Shown here: in pieces, positions 1-12,663 of the stretch
Layout of the letters: each line of letters starts with the position of its first letter
Numbering within the stretch: position 1 is the first letter of the stretch
Assembly (NCBI GenBank): GCA_021432655.1
Contig: MU271200.1
Coordinates: 52,159-116,158, forward strand
Direction of reading: 5' to 3'
Origin: Atractiella rhizophila
Lineage: Eukaryota
Length of the DNA stretch: 64,000 bases
Position numbers and translations under genes: made by a program
Notes under the pieces: model-generated
Seen by the model: the letters and a program-made list of their open reading frames with translations, nothing else
Database searches by the model: none
Told to the model about the DNA's origin: nothing

Positions 1-32
1 ATTGTCCACCTATTTCTGACCGTTCGACAAAG

Positions 33-752
33 ATGCAAATCAAAACCATTGCCATTGTTGCCTTGTCAATGTTCACGGTCGCTCAAGGGCTAGGTTCGTC
101 TGTGCATCCCCCAGACCAAAACTTATACACCTCGTTTAGCTATTGGAAAGGTTGGAAAGCGGCAAGGCCTTGACGATATCGACGATAGCCTCGACGATGC
201 TGATCTCGACGATCTCGATCTCCCACCCATCTGCCCTCTGGAATGCTACGCAAGTGAGCTCATCGAGACTCTCGCGGCGAAGGCTTGCAACGTGGATGAC
301 TGGAAATGTTTGTGCGAGAACCAAGGTCCGTTTCCTTCCAGTTCCTGCTCTATGCCAGAAAAATTATTTAACTGTTGTCATTGCATTGTGATGACTAGAT
401 TACCTTACGAACGCGATCAACTGCTCCAATACCTCTTGCAGCCAGCAAGACGCACAGGATGGTCTAGTGTTCGGCATTCAATTCTGTCAAGTACGTCTGC
501 TTTGCACTGCTCCTGTTGACTTTATTTTCGCACTCACTTTCGTTCTGTAGGCCATTGGTGTCAACGTTAACATCCCTCCTTCAGTCACGGTCACGAGCGG
601 ACTAGTAATTCCCACCCAAACGGTACTGTCCCTGAAGTCTTCATTGTCAAAACGTTTTTCTGAGAGAGGAGCAGGGAAATCCGAACAATGACGATGACGA
701 TGATGGGGACGACAGCGACAACGACGGAGACGACAACGATGGGGACGACTGA
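33..752 (+). CDS. Small secreted CFEM-domain protein (5 exons)
   Basis: Spliced reading: MQIKTIAIVALSMFTVAQGLAIGKVGKR-QGLDD...PPICPLECYASELIETLAAKACNVDDWKCLCENQDYLTNAINCSNTSCSQQDAQDGLVFGIQFCQ...GNPNNDDDDDGDDSDNDGDDNDGDD*. It has a signal peptide, a KR site, 8 Cys in CFEM spacing and four short GT-AG introns. Confidence 0.85.
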
Positions 753-1031
753 GCGTGAGGGATTAAAGTTGGGTTTGTAACTGTTAATAATATGAAAGAT
801 GTAACAATAGATTGAAGCAATGTCTCCCAATGTAATAACAATTTTCTCAATGTATCAGCTGGGATCAGGATATGCGACAGCTCAGGCATGGATAGGGACA
901 GAAGCGTTCCGTTGGAGGTTCCTCATTGCAGAATTGCAAAGCTGGTGTCCGCTTACTTGAAAAATCAGAGTCTCAATCAAGTGGTACGCCAGTTCGATGG
1001 TAATGACACAGGAGGAGTTGTCTACAAAAGC

Positions 1032-4000
1032 CCCTTGGCGGTTTTGGTAATTTCATCCTATAAGAGAATTACAACCTTTTAATGCTCTGCTCATCATCAT
1101 CTGAAGGAATGAAGGAACGAAACGAAGATCAAGAACGAGTCAACATAAGCGCGTTACAATCATAAGAAAACATCAACCAGCAAATCTAACATCTCTTAAT
1201 CGACCTCCTCCATAGCCGAAGCGGCTCCAGCCTCCTCGAGCGCGGGCATGTCATCATCAGCCTTGGTCTCTTCGGCCTCAGGCTCGTCGGTGTCGATGGC
1301 GAGACCGAGCGAGATCATCCTGTGGATCCTTTCCGAGAAGCTCTGGGGTTGGTCGAGCGTGAATCCGGAGGTGAGCAGCGCGGTTTCGTAGAGGAGCACG
1401 GTGAGGTCGCGAGCCGTCTTGTCGGCAGCATCCTCCGCTACCTTGTTCTTGAGCTCCTTGATGATGGCGTTCGAGGGGTTGATCTCGAGCGTCTTCTTCG
1501 ATTGCATGTACGACGACATGGAAGAATCACGGAGTGCTTGAGCCTTCATGATACGCTCCATGTTAGAGGACCATCCGAATTGACCGGTCTATGATGAAGT
1601 TTTGAGCATACGCGCAATGAAATGTGAAAGGAAATACGTACCACAAGGACACAAGGCGAAGAAGCGATTCTGGTGGAGACAGAAACCTTCTCGACCCTCT
1701 CACCAAGGGTATCCTTCATCATCTTGCAGAGACTCTCGTAGTCCTTCTGCTCCTGCTCCCTCTTCGCCTTCTCCTCATCGGTCTCCTCAAGCTCGAGTCC
1801 GTCCTTCGAAACGCAGACGAGCTTCTTGCCTTCGAACTCCTTCAACTGAGTGACGGCGTACTCATCAATGGGGTCAACCATGAGGAGGACTTCAAAGCCC
1901 TTCTTCTTGAAGACCTCGAGGAAGGGAGAGTCCTTAGTGGAGGAGAGAGACTCGCCAGTGAGGTAGTAAATGTTCTGTTGGACCTCAGGCATGCGGGTGA
2001 TGTAGTCCTTGAGGGAAGTTTGCTCCTCGAGCGACTTGGTAGAATAGAACCTCAAGAATTCGGCGAGCTTGGAGCGATTGTTCGAATCCTCGTGGATACC
2101 CAGCTTCAAGTTCTTTCCGAAAGCCTCGTAGAACTTGGCGAAGTTGTCCTTGTCCTCAGCGATCTCGGAGAACATCTCCATGCACTTCTTGACCAAGTTC
2201 TTCCTGATGACCTTGAGGATCTTTGAGGTCTGGATGAACTCTCGCGAGACGTTAAGGGGAAGATCTTCGGAGTCGACGATACCCTTGACGAAGTTGAGGT
2301 ATTCGGGAATGAGGTCGTCGCAATCGTCCATGATGAAAACACGGCGGACGTAGAGCTTGATGTTGTTCCTCTTCTTCTTCGATTCGAAGAGATCAAAAGG
2401 TGCCCTGAAAGGTATCAAATTAGCTCGTTGCACAAAGAAGTGAGGGAAAACGGAAAACAAACCTCTTGGGAACGAAAAGGATGGCCTTGAATTCAAGTTG
2501 ACCTTCAACAGAGAAGTGCTTGACGGAGAGATGATCCTCCCAATCGTTGGTCATGCTCTTGTAGAAAGAGCCATACTCCTCCGGTGTGATATCCTGAGGG
2601 TTCCTCGTCCACAGAGGCTTAGTCTTATTGAGTTCCTCCGTCGTCTCCTTCTTCTCCTTGATCGTCTTCTTCTTCTTGGCCTTCTCCTCATCCTCATCGA
2701 TCTCCTCAATCTTGGCCTTCTTCTCCTCTTCATCCTTATCCTCATCCTCCATATCCTCATCCTCGATCTCCTTCTCCTCCTCCTTGAAGGTCACGAGCTG
2801 GATGGGGTAGGAAATGAACTCGGAGTGCTTCTTGACGATATCCTTGATGCGGCGTTCCTCAAGGTATTCGAGTTGATCCTCCTTCATGTGAAGGCGGAGG
2901 ATGGAACCGCGTCCACCCTTGGCGGTTTTGGTAATTTCATCCTATAAGAGAATTACAACCTTTTAATGCTCTGCTCATCATCATCTGAAGGAATGAAGGA
3001 ACGAAACGAAGATCAAGAACGAGTCAACATAAGCGCGTTACAATCATAAGAAAACATCAACCAGCAAAATCTAACATCCTTTAATCGACCTCCTCCATAG
3101 CCGAAGCGGCTCCAGCCTCCTCGAGTGCGGGCATGTCATCGTCAGCCTTGGTCTCTTCGGCCTCAGGCTCGTCGGTGTCGATGGCGAGACCGAGCGAGAT
3201 CATCCTGTGGATCCTCTCCGAGAAGCTCTGGGGTTGGTCGAGCGTGAATCCGGAGGTGAGCAGCGCGGTTTCGTAGAGGAGTACGGTGAGGTCGCGAGCC
3301 GTCTTGTCGGCAGCATCCTCCGCAACCTTGTTCTTGAGTTCCTTGATGATGGCGTTCGAGGGGTTGATCTCGAGAGTCTTCTTCGATTGCATGTACGACG
3401 ACATGGAAGAATCACGGAGAGCTTGAGCCTTCATGATACGCTCCATGTTAGAGGACCATCCGAATTGACCGGTCTATGATGAAGTTTTGAGTATACGCGC
3501 AATGAAATGTGAAAGGAAATACGTACCACAAGGACACAAGGCGAAGAAGCGATTCTGGTGGAGACAGAAACCTTCTCGACCCTCTCACCAAGGGTATCCT
3601 TCATCATCTTGCAGAGACTCTCATAGTCCTTTTGCTCCTGCTCCCTCTTGGCCTTCTCCTCATCGGTCTCCTCGAGCTCGAGTCCGTCCTTGGAAACGCA
3701 GACGAGCTTCTTGCCCTCGAACTCCTTCAACTGAGTGACGGCGTACTCATCAATGGGGTCAACCATGAGGAGGACTTCAAAGCCCTTCTTCTTGAAGACC
3801 TCGAGGAAGGGAGAGTCCTTAGTGGAGGAGAGAGACTCGCCAGTGAGGTAGTAAATGTTCTGTTGGACCTCAGGCATGCGGGTGATGTAGTCCTTGAGGG
3901 AAGTTTGCTCCTCGAGCGACTTGGTAGAATAGAACCTCAAGAATTCGGCGAGCTTGGAGCGGTTGTTCGAATCCTCGTGGATACCGAGCTTCAAGTTCTT

Positions 4001-4781
4001 TCCGAACGCCTCATAGAACTTGGCAAAGTTGTCCTTGTCCTCAGCGATCTCGGAGAACATCTCCATGCACTTCTTGACCAAGTTCTTCCTGATGACCTTG
4101 AGGATCTTTGAGGTCTGGATGAACTCTCGGGAGACGTTGAGGGGAAGATCTTCAGAGTCGACGATACCCTTGACGAAGTTGAGGTACTCGGGAATGAGGT
4201 CGTCGCAGTCGTCCATGATAAAGACACGTCGGACGTAGAGCTTGATGTTGTTCCTCTTCTTCTTCGATTCGAAGAGATCGAAAGGTGCCCTGAAAGGTAT
4301 CAAAATTAGCTCGTTGCACAAAGAAGTGAGGGAAAACGGAAAACAAACCTCTTGGGGACGAAAAGGATGGCCTTGAATTCAAGTTGACCTTCAACAGAGA
4401 AGTGCTTGACGGAGAGATGATCCTCCCAATCGTTGGTCATGCTCTTGTAGAAAGAGCCATACTCCTCCGGGGTGATATCCTGAGGGTTCCTCGTCCACAG
4501 AGGCTTAGTCTTATTGAGTTCCTCCGTCGTCTCCTTCTTCTCCTTGATCGTCTTCTTCTTCTTCGCCTTCTCCTCATCCTCATCGACCTCCTCAATCTTG
4601 GCCTTCTTCTCCTCTTCATCCTTATCCTCATCCTCCATATCCTCATCCTCGATCTCCTTCTCCTCCTCCTTGAAGGTCACGAGCTGGATGGGGTAGGAAA
4701 TGAACTCGGAGTGCTTCTTGACGATATCCTTGATGCGGCGTTCCTCAAGGTATTCGAGTTGATCCTCCTTCATGTGAAGGC
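1032..4781. repeat. About 1.88-kb tandem direct duplication (1032-2915 / 2916-4781) of the HSP90 3' region
   Basis: Both units begin CCCTTGGCGGTTTTGGTAATTTC. They differ by scattered, mostly synonymous substitutions and small intron/UTR indels. Confidence 0.95.
1196..2915 (-). pseudogene. HSP90: HSP90, 5'-truncated copy (charged linker, middle and C-terminal domains only)
   Basis: [14 protein letters not shown]...[10 protein letters not shown]...MEEVD*. Upstream of about 2915 the sequence switches to the 3' flank of the second copy. May be an assembly artefact. Confidence 0.8.
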
Positions 4782-5045
4782 ATGAAGAGCTCCTTTCCGC
4801 TATCGAGCTGGGAGGAATCGGTGAGGGAGGCGTAACGGATCTTGTCGAGGGCATCGGAACAGTTGGAGATCAATTCACGAAGGAAAATTTCCTTGTTCGA
4901 GTAAAAAGTGTTGATGATCACTGTTCCCACACAGATAGATCAGACATCTCTTCTGTTCGGACGAAGAGGGAGGAGAAGACGCACGGTCCATAAGCTGAGA
5001 GATCTCAGCCTGGAAGCCAAAGGTTTCGGTTTGAGGAGCAGACAT
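3081..5045 (-). CDS. HSP90: HSP90 with start codon but an internal frameshifting deletion of most of the ATPase domain at 4781/4782
   Basis: [50 protein letters not shown]...KELF is joined out of frame to LHMKEDQ...MEEVD*. The DxGxGM and GQFGVGFYS motifs are absent. Confidence 0.85.
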
Positions 5046-5153
5046 GATGGCGATGAGATGGGGATGGAAAAGACTTCTTTGTGTGTGGCTACGCGCAAAT
5101 CAAGCGTGAGTTTTCACGAAGAGTTGAGGAGCGAACGTACTCGAGGCACTGGC

Positions 5154-5241
5154 TTTATATCTGCACGATCTTTCTCGAACGACGCGAGTTTTTCGACGCG
5201 CATCAACTGCCCTCATCAACCCAAAAGTTCTGGAAGTTTCC
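5154..5241 (-). promoter_or_regulatory. HSP90 promoter: TATA box and heat-shock elements
   Basis: ATATAAA on the minus strand (5154-5160), TTCtcGAA (5172-5179) and a three-unit HSE gTTCtgGAAgtTTCc (5227-5241), all upstream of the ATG at 5045. Confidence 0.8.
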
Positions 5242-5553
5242 CGCCAGTTGTCAAACCTTGTTTTCACCCAACGGCTCCGGAGGGCGGAGAAAGATCGGAA
5301 GAAAGTTGGGATCGGAGTCCCGCGCACTTTCGATCTCACTAAATCTGATAAACTCTATTCGGCTGACCGAAACAATAAACAAGTGAGATTTGTTTGCCAT
5401 TATCGTCTTCCAATTCTGCTTTCTAGCTTTGTTTTTGCGGCTTTATGTCTATTGCAACAAGCAGCCATCACAGGGTCCAGATAGACACAGCATAAACGCA
5501 CCAGATTGGGCAAGATCTGAGTCGATCTGGGGTTGGAACGTTGAGTGACATGC

Positions 5554-5562
5554 ATGAGTCAT
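5554..5562. promoter_or_regulatory. Gcn4/AP-1-type site ATGAGTCAT
   Basis: Full consensus inside the near-palindrome GCATGAGTCATGC. It lies about 120 bp upstream of the ATG at 5680, with a TATA-like ATATAAG at 5589. Confidence 0.45.
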
Positions 5563-5679
5563 GCTCATGTGACGAATTTAAGCTCTGCATATAAGAACCG
5601 AATCCGTCAATTCGCTCGCCCAGCGTTTGCAACCAACCACTCAATCCTAGCGATTACCTGCCCGTCCCTATGCCCAGCC

Positions 5680-7641
5680 ATGGCTCACATTATTCGCCCA
5701 TCCTCTGCCGCTTCGTTTCATCCCAAAGCTACAAAATCACACCCCAACGCTGGCATCATCCACTTGCCACACGGATCCACCCTCAGCCACCATCCAGCTC
5801 CTAACAACAAGTCCCCGAAGAGGTCGAGACAGTCTAACTTCAGAGTCGACAGGAAAAGGGAGAAGAAGTCTAATCAGGGTCATCCGTCGCTCGATGAACC
5901 CCTTCACACCCCAATCTCCATCAAGTTTCCGTCATCGGAAATCCCGAATGGTTCCAACTCAAAGGTCTCACCTGCGACCCTCGTCAAGAGCTCGACTGAT
6001 TCTGCACTTTTACCCTCTACTTTCGGCAACGACGCCTTCAAACCCGCTCCCATCTTCAACGCCGCCACCCACAACAGGGGTGCGGACTCGCATGGGACGA
6101 ACGGAGGCAAAAAGTTGAGGAGGAAGAAGCAGAACAAGTATCTGGAGCTGAAGGAGAGCAACAACGACAAGTTTGGATCGGTTGATCTCGGTGATCTTAA
6201 TTTTTTGGTGGACTCTGAAGAGGTAGAAAACAAAGACAATGGGTTTCCCCTTCCCCTCCTCACCCCCTCCTCATCCCCTGCCGTCTCCATCTCCCGTCCT
6301 TCGACCCCTCCCTCTATCGGTACATTCGCTTCTCGCTTTGGAACAGTTTCTCTCCCGGCCACACCCATTGCTATCTCCCAACCTCATACGCACGAACGCC
6401 GTCTGATCCAGTCGGCCGACCGACCGTCCTCCGCTCCGAAGAAGTCGTCACGTGCCACGAGGAGAAGGAATAACAGGAACAAGAAGAAGACCCAGTCGTC
6501 GGATAATCAGAAAGATGAGGTCTTGGAATACTTCAACATGGACAACGACAACGACAACGATTCTCGTTCCGAAGCTGAGGACGACCTTCCGCTTCCCAGG
6601 GAGGCTTCAACTTCTCCCGGTCCCGGATTCGCATTCTCTTCTTCTGCTCCCTTGACTCCCGCCGGCGGTGGTCATCAACGATCGACTACCGCTCCTGAAA
6701 TGCTCATGAACCGTCGTCCTTTGATCAGAGCGGAGAGCAACACCTCGATCGAGGCGCCAACTGAAATTGCGATCTCTGACGAAGACGAAGCGGTGATCAC
6801 TCCCTTGCCCCCTTCTCCCATCCATTCTTTCCATCCCCGCACTACGAACAACAGCAAAGGTTAGTTGTTCGACCCTCCCTTGTTACCTTCATCCTTCTTA
6901 AACCTTGTTACCTTCCCAGTAGCTTCGGTTCCTGTATCCAGATCCACCACCTTCCCTAACGCGCCGGCTATGAAGGAAGATTCTTCTCCCAAAGCTCCTC
7001 GAAAGAACGGCAGGCGCGCTCAACCGGCTCCAATCCCCATTCCTATGCCCGCCAAACGTCACTCTCAAGCGGACATCTTCGATATTCAACCGTCCACGGC
7101 GACGAAGAAGGAAGGTCTCACGTGGCAGCAGGAGATGCTCGGTCTCTCTGCTCCCGCTCAAGTCGGGTCTCATCAGATCAAAGGCTTGGACCTCGCGAAG
7201 CCCGCCGGTGGATTGAGCAGGAGGAAGACGTTCAGTTCGAAGGAGAAAGACGAGGCGAAGGAGAAGGGAAGGAAGAACGTCCATCCTTCCAAGTCCTTGC
7301 CCTCGGTTAACAAGAACAAGGAGAGGAGGGAAGCTTCTGCCCCTGTTGCGTCGGCTCCGAAGGTCAATTACGACACACAGTTCGCGATGGACGATATTTT
7401 CTCCACTCCTCCAGTCTTTGCACCGGCCAATCCCTCGTATGCTCTCATGTTTAACTCTAGTCCTACCAAGAAGAAGAGGGAAACGACTCCTCCGCCTCCG
7501 TCCTCGATCATGATGGACAGCAGGCCGGTTCATAGGAGGAACTTGAGCGCGGGTGTCATGCTTTCGTCGTACAATGGATACGCTGGACCGAAGTTTCACA
7601 ATTCTCCTGAACCGAGGGGAGTTGGAAAATCTTCAGCTTGA
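5680..7641 (+). CDS. Disordered Ser/Pro/Lys-rich protein with C-terminal PNRC/Edc1-type motif (putative mRNA decapping activator)
   Basis: Two long ORFs are joined by intron 6860-6919. The C-terminal YAGPKFHNSPEP matches the YAGxxF..SP PNRC motif. Confidence 0.65.
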
Positions 7642-9883
7642 AGTTTTGTGTTGTGATTGGAGAGCGGAAGTTGGACGTCATGGTACGTTTTGCCTGCCTA
7701 CAACTATCTCTTGTGGAGTATTGAAGATGGTGGTTGGGATACAGTCCCGAATTGCTTTTTGTTTTTCGCTGGCTGAGTCAGTCCTCTACACTTCGATCCA
7801 TTCAACATCTGTCTACACTGCCGGAACGTTGCAAGACTGCAATCTGTTGTCTCAATTGCCCTACATACGATCTACCCCGCTTTACCCCATACCACGTCAT
7901 TATCTATTAGACAAAGTTATTACTTTATAATCCGATCGTTGATACCTTTCTTGTTGTCTTTACAAGAATCAAAGTTGGCTACTCGGAGTATCGGTTTTCA
8001 GTTTCTCGTACAAGGAATTCGGTTTACTACTTTTCTTCAGGCCTTTAACTTTCAGTCGAGTGTCCAATATTCTTCTTGGCTTTGATTTGTGGTTTGATTG
8101 ATTGAGTGGTGGCTTCAGTTCATCTTCTTATAATCAACGCTCAAATCGCGTGTACACCGTGTGTCAAGAATTATGTTACTCCATGGTTTATCGATCGCAA
8201 TGTGCACTGGCTTTCTTCTTTCGATCAACTCAGTGATTTCTTCTTTTTTTTGCCCAAACAGTCGTACCTTTTAGTTCTCTGTAACGGCATGTTTTTGCTT
8301 TGCTCAGTCCACCTTCTACTTTCTCCAATGCTCTTAAATCTTTTGTTCTGGTTTACTTACGCCGAAGAAGAAAGCTTTTAAACACACACCAAACTTTTAT
8401 AAAGGCATTGTACAATCAGCAATTCCCTTTTTTGCTTCTATTCTACAAATTTTTTCATCCATCTTTCCCACGATCGGGGGATGGCACAGTTGTTTTTGTT
8501 TTCGAGGTCGCATTCCGTCATTTTTCATGCATTTCATTTCGACCCATGGTCGAAATTCACGCATCCCCTTTCCAAACCACTATACGTCCTCTTCCCTTCC
8601 TTGTCCCTCACCATCTCCTTCGCACGCCGCTTCGACCCGCCATCACCCCTTACCCCGGACCTCAATCAATTATCGCTGTCTGTCCTGTGGTCGGCTCTCA
8701 CCTCTCAATAATCTCACAACCAGTCTCAAAATTTTCGTCTTCATCATTCCTTTTGGGGTACGACTGCTTAATACGTACAGTACGTCTCTCTCTCCCTCGT
8801 TCAGTCGGCTGTCATTGATATCTTCACCAGCTCCATACCACTGCTGGATTTCTCGTTCTGCCTCTCCGGTGCCCGTCTTTAACATCCGTCGTCAAGCATC
8901 TACCATCCCATCATACATACCACGATTTATCTGCACGGAAAAAAGGTCTGTCGAGAGATCGTCGAATCGAATAGAAGATTGAACAAAAGGGAAATTCGGT
9001 TGTTGTTTCCGACATAGAATCACCATCTTGAGGTTGCGACGTTTCCTCCGTCTCAGCCTCGGAATATTTTCAAGAACGAACAATTTTGTGTTGTGATGGA
9101 ATATGGGTCGAAAGGTTTCCAAAGAAGAAAGATGAAGATTTTCTTCAAGAAAGTGAAATGTGTCATATTGGTCTTCTTGCTGTGTTTCTGTCTCATAATT
9201 TCCCTCCCTTTCTCAAGCGTTTGCAAGGTTCATTGTAAATTTGGACATTCTTCCACTCCACCCACCCACACACTCCAAGGAATCGTTCTCCTTTCCCAGT
9301 CACACCATTCCGTCTAGACTGCTGTTTTCTCATCATCCACCAATTTTGCTCTCATCTTTTGGTATTCATCCAGTCTATCAATTTGATGACGGGTGCGGTT
9401 GCTACTCGTGACTTACCTCTCTTCTCTCCAACGGTTAGGTTACTTTTGTAGGGTTTGATTTGTGTTTTGGTACATAAATTTTCAACTTGCGATGTCACAT
9501 ATGAGGCTACGAGGAAGAATTTTTGACGTGCACGTGTTCATGTTTCTTTACGTTCTTTACTCGCTCCGTTTAATCGTTGTCATTTACATTCCTCTTTCTG
9601 ATCCCTTCATTTTCTGATTTTGAACCATTCTTCCTTCATCGTATCATATGATGGATCAGAGAGATGAAATGCATCGCAGTTATATTATACTTGACTGCTC
9701 CCTGCTCAATTTCCCAAGATGTGCCTAGCTTGAACCCTCTCCGCCTCTCGTCAGTGGACTTCGCGTAGTTTGTGATGATACCTTCAAGCAGCATAGATGC
9801 ATGGAATAGGCTCGTAGAAAGGAGACAACGACCTTGCAATTTCATCAATCCGTCTACATTCTCCGTCGAGACATTGACACTCA

Positions 9884-12519
9884 CTATTCGCTCTCACTAG
9901 CACTCGCCCAAGCTGCCTCCTCCAGCTCCCTCACTCTCGCTCTCAGCTTCTCCATCTCTTCGCGCATCCTCTTCATTCCAGGACCTTCAGGGCCCATCGG
10001 GATAGCTTGTGTACTGCATTCGCACTTACTCCGGTTGGTGGAGGTGGGCGCTTTATTGCGTTCGATGCCTTGAGTCGGGCGATCTCCTGGTCTTTCAAAC
10101 TGGATCCAGAAACTCTTCAAGGTTAGCTGTGATTCAAGAACAGGAAGAAAGACTAGCCTGACAAGCTCTTGCAGTCGCGACACTTCCGCACTCTCTGCTA
10201 CCTTTGCGAGCTCCAGGTCTTCCACCCTCTTCGCCAGCACTTTCACTTCCAATTCTCTTTTCTTGTCGTCCGTCCTGTCCAAGTGGAATGTAACTGTTAG
10301 ATCAATGGTGAAATCAAACGGAAGGATTATTTACGCGACGACCAAAGCTGTCCTCATGAGGTTCAGACGTTCCTCATATTTTTCTGTCTTCTGAATCAAC
10401 GTCGCATTCGTTTCCCTGAGCGCTTTCAGCTCGAACAATTCCTTCCTAGCTTCCTCCAATTCCACATCACGTTCGCTCTTGACCTTCGCCTTCATCTGTT
10501 CCTCCTCCCTCTTCCTCCTTCCCTCTTCATCCTCCGCCTTCCCAGTGAAAGAAGCTCTTGATCTCAAGGCCTCCAGCCACTCACCCATCCTCCTTCTCCT
10601 CCTCGCTCCTTCTTCCCTCTCTTTCTCGAGCTCCCGTCTCGCTCCCTCCTCCCTCTCCTTCAGAATCCGAATTCTCTGACTCAACGATTGGAACTCGCTC
10701 TCGACTCCTCCCCTCTGCACAGCGCGGGAGGAGACCTTAGATGAGTACCGTTGAGATTGCTGTTTGAGATAAAGCTCCAAGGTGAGAGTGGTCAGGAGAG
10801 ACAGGTGAGCGTGCAAAAGTCGAGGGAGCGTGAGTGAGTGGATGGTCGGACGGGCTGGAGATGGAGATGGGGAAGGGGAAGGAGAAAAGGGAGATGGTGG
10901 ACGGAGGGTGGACGGTGTCGTGGGCTCGTCGGTTTCGATCTCGATCTCGATGTGGTGTTGCTGTGAATCGTCGTCCTCGCTGCTCGAAGAGGGTTTTCGA
11001 CGTGTAGACGGAGCAGAGAGCGTGGGAGAAAACGGCTGAAGGAGGGAAAGTGGCAAGTTGGTCAACTCCCCATATGCTTTCACCAAGTTGGCAATCAAAG
11101 CATCATACTTTTTCTCCCTCTTCTCATCTTCATCTCCCTCCGCAGGCTCACGGACAACCGCCTTTCCAGGATCTTCTTCCTCCTCTTCCTCTTCAGCAGA
11201 TGACCACCTAACCTTCGCCCCCATCTCTCTCAACTGTTCCCCAATCCTGGGATCCCAATATCCCTCACACCTCGCCCTGATGTCTTCCACCTCCAAGCCC
11301 TTCCACCAGTCCTCAACCGCTTCGTCTTCTTCGTCTTCTTCATCCTCCTCCTCATCAGGATCTCTCGCCATGAGCGCCAAGTGGAACCTGTGCCTTTCGA
11401 GCAGGCGGAAGGAGCGAATACGAAAGGTGGCGGGACGGTATGTTGATGGGATGGAGAGAGGTTTCTGAAGGTGGGAGGTGGGAGAGCGCAGGAATAGGAT
11501 GAATGAGTTTGGGAAGAGGGAGTATAACAGGTTAAACAGTCGTGTTGTTGGCGTCCAGAGCTCGGCTAGTTCAACAAAAGTTCAATAGAGCCCCCTAATC
11601 CATGAGTTCAACAGACCTGGGATCGTTGTTATCGAGGAGGAAGAAGATGAAGATTCGGACTCCGACCAGCTCATGGATAAGGTGAAGATGAAGAAGATAC
11701 GATTTAATTGAGAAGACGATTGAACGATTTCGACGGAATAAGGGATGAGGATGTTGAGAATAGATAGAATGATTCTAGCAGCACAGAGTCAATAACCACT
11801 TAAACCCTGTGAGAAGGAAATGAGATGTACGAGATTTCTTGTATCCCCATCCCCTCCCGCTCACTGACATCTTTAAGTAAATCAATCAAACCCTCCACAG
11901 CCAACTGTTCTGCAACTTCATTTGGTCTCCGTACCAGGAAATCGAAGATGCTTTTCAAGATCTCGAGAACCGGAACTCCGTCTTCTTGTTCCCTCCCAAA
12001 AGCAGCCTTCACGTTCCTCAGAAAGCCAACTGGCTGTTCTCGTGCGACCAAATACGCCAGATTGTCGAGCCCGGCTTTGATCGTGGTAAAATAGACTGCC
12101 TCCGCTTCCTCCGCATAAGTGGCTAAGGAGAGTCTGAGCCAGTCCTGCCATATCTTCTCGTATACCTTCTCTTGGTTAGAAAGCGATAGAAACTCTTTCG
12201 CTTTTTCAACTTCTTCCTGTTGGAAAGCCTGAGAAAGTGTGAGAACATCCCTCAATAATGCCTCATAGAACTCTTGGGCCCGCTCATACAGTTTAAAGTG
12301 ACAAATTCCATGCAACACCAACGTTTGGACTTGCTCGGTCGTTATCGTTTCGTCTGGAGTGAACTCGAGGAGAGAGAGGAAGACCTCGCCAAGCTGTTGC
12401 GTGCGTTGCTCATCCGTGAGAGAGGATAAGACGGGGTTGATGAGGCTGAAATCGTACTTCGTTATGCCGTTTGATGAGCGGACAAGATCCACCAGTGCGT
12501 CCAGCAGCTTCACAGGCAT
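9884..12519 (-). CDS. TSC1: Hamartin / TSC1 homologue (multi-exon)
   Basis: Splicing links ORF 11800-12546 to exons ILSILNILIPY...RIFFIFTLSMSW and RLFNLLYSLFPNSFILFLRSP (hamartin LFxxLYGxxPxNFxxFLR-like). These are followed by LLTTLTLELYLKQQ and a long C-terminal coiled coil. Confidence 0.75.
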
Positions 12520-12663
12520 TTTCGTCTTTGGTCGCGCAAATGCCAACTTTATTGACTACCAGATTGAGTTTGCTGCGTTGTTTCTTGTCATCTTTTCCTC
12601 TTCCTGCTGCAGAAATCGCAATCTCTTTTGAAACAAATTACGCTGGTTTTCAGAGAAAAATAC

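Noticed and set aside
1322..4785. Long plus-strand ORFs over HSP90
   Set aside because: Antisense shadows of a strongly codon-biased gene.
8988..9320. GGGAAATTCGGT resembling the RNase P RNA CR-I, with a CR-V-like ACACCATTCCGTCTAG downstream
   Set aside because: The two segments cannot form the P4 helix, and no P1-P3 is evident.
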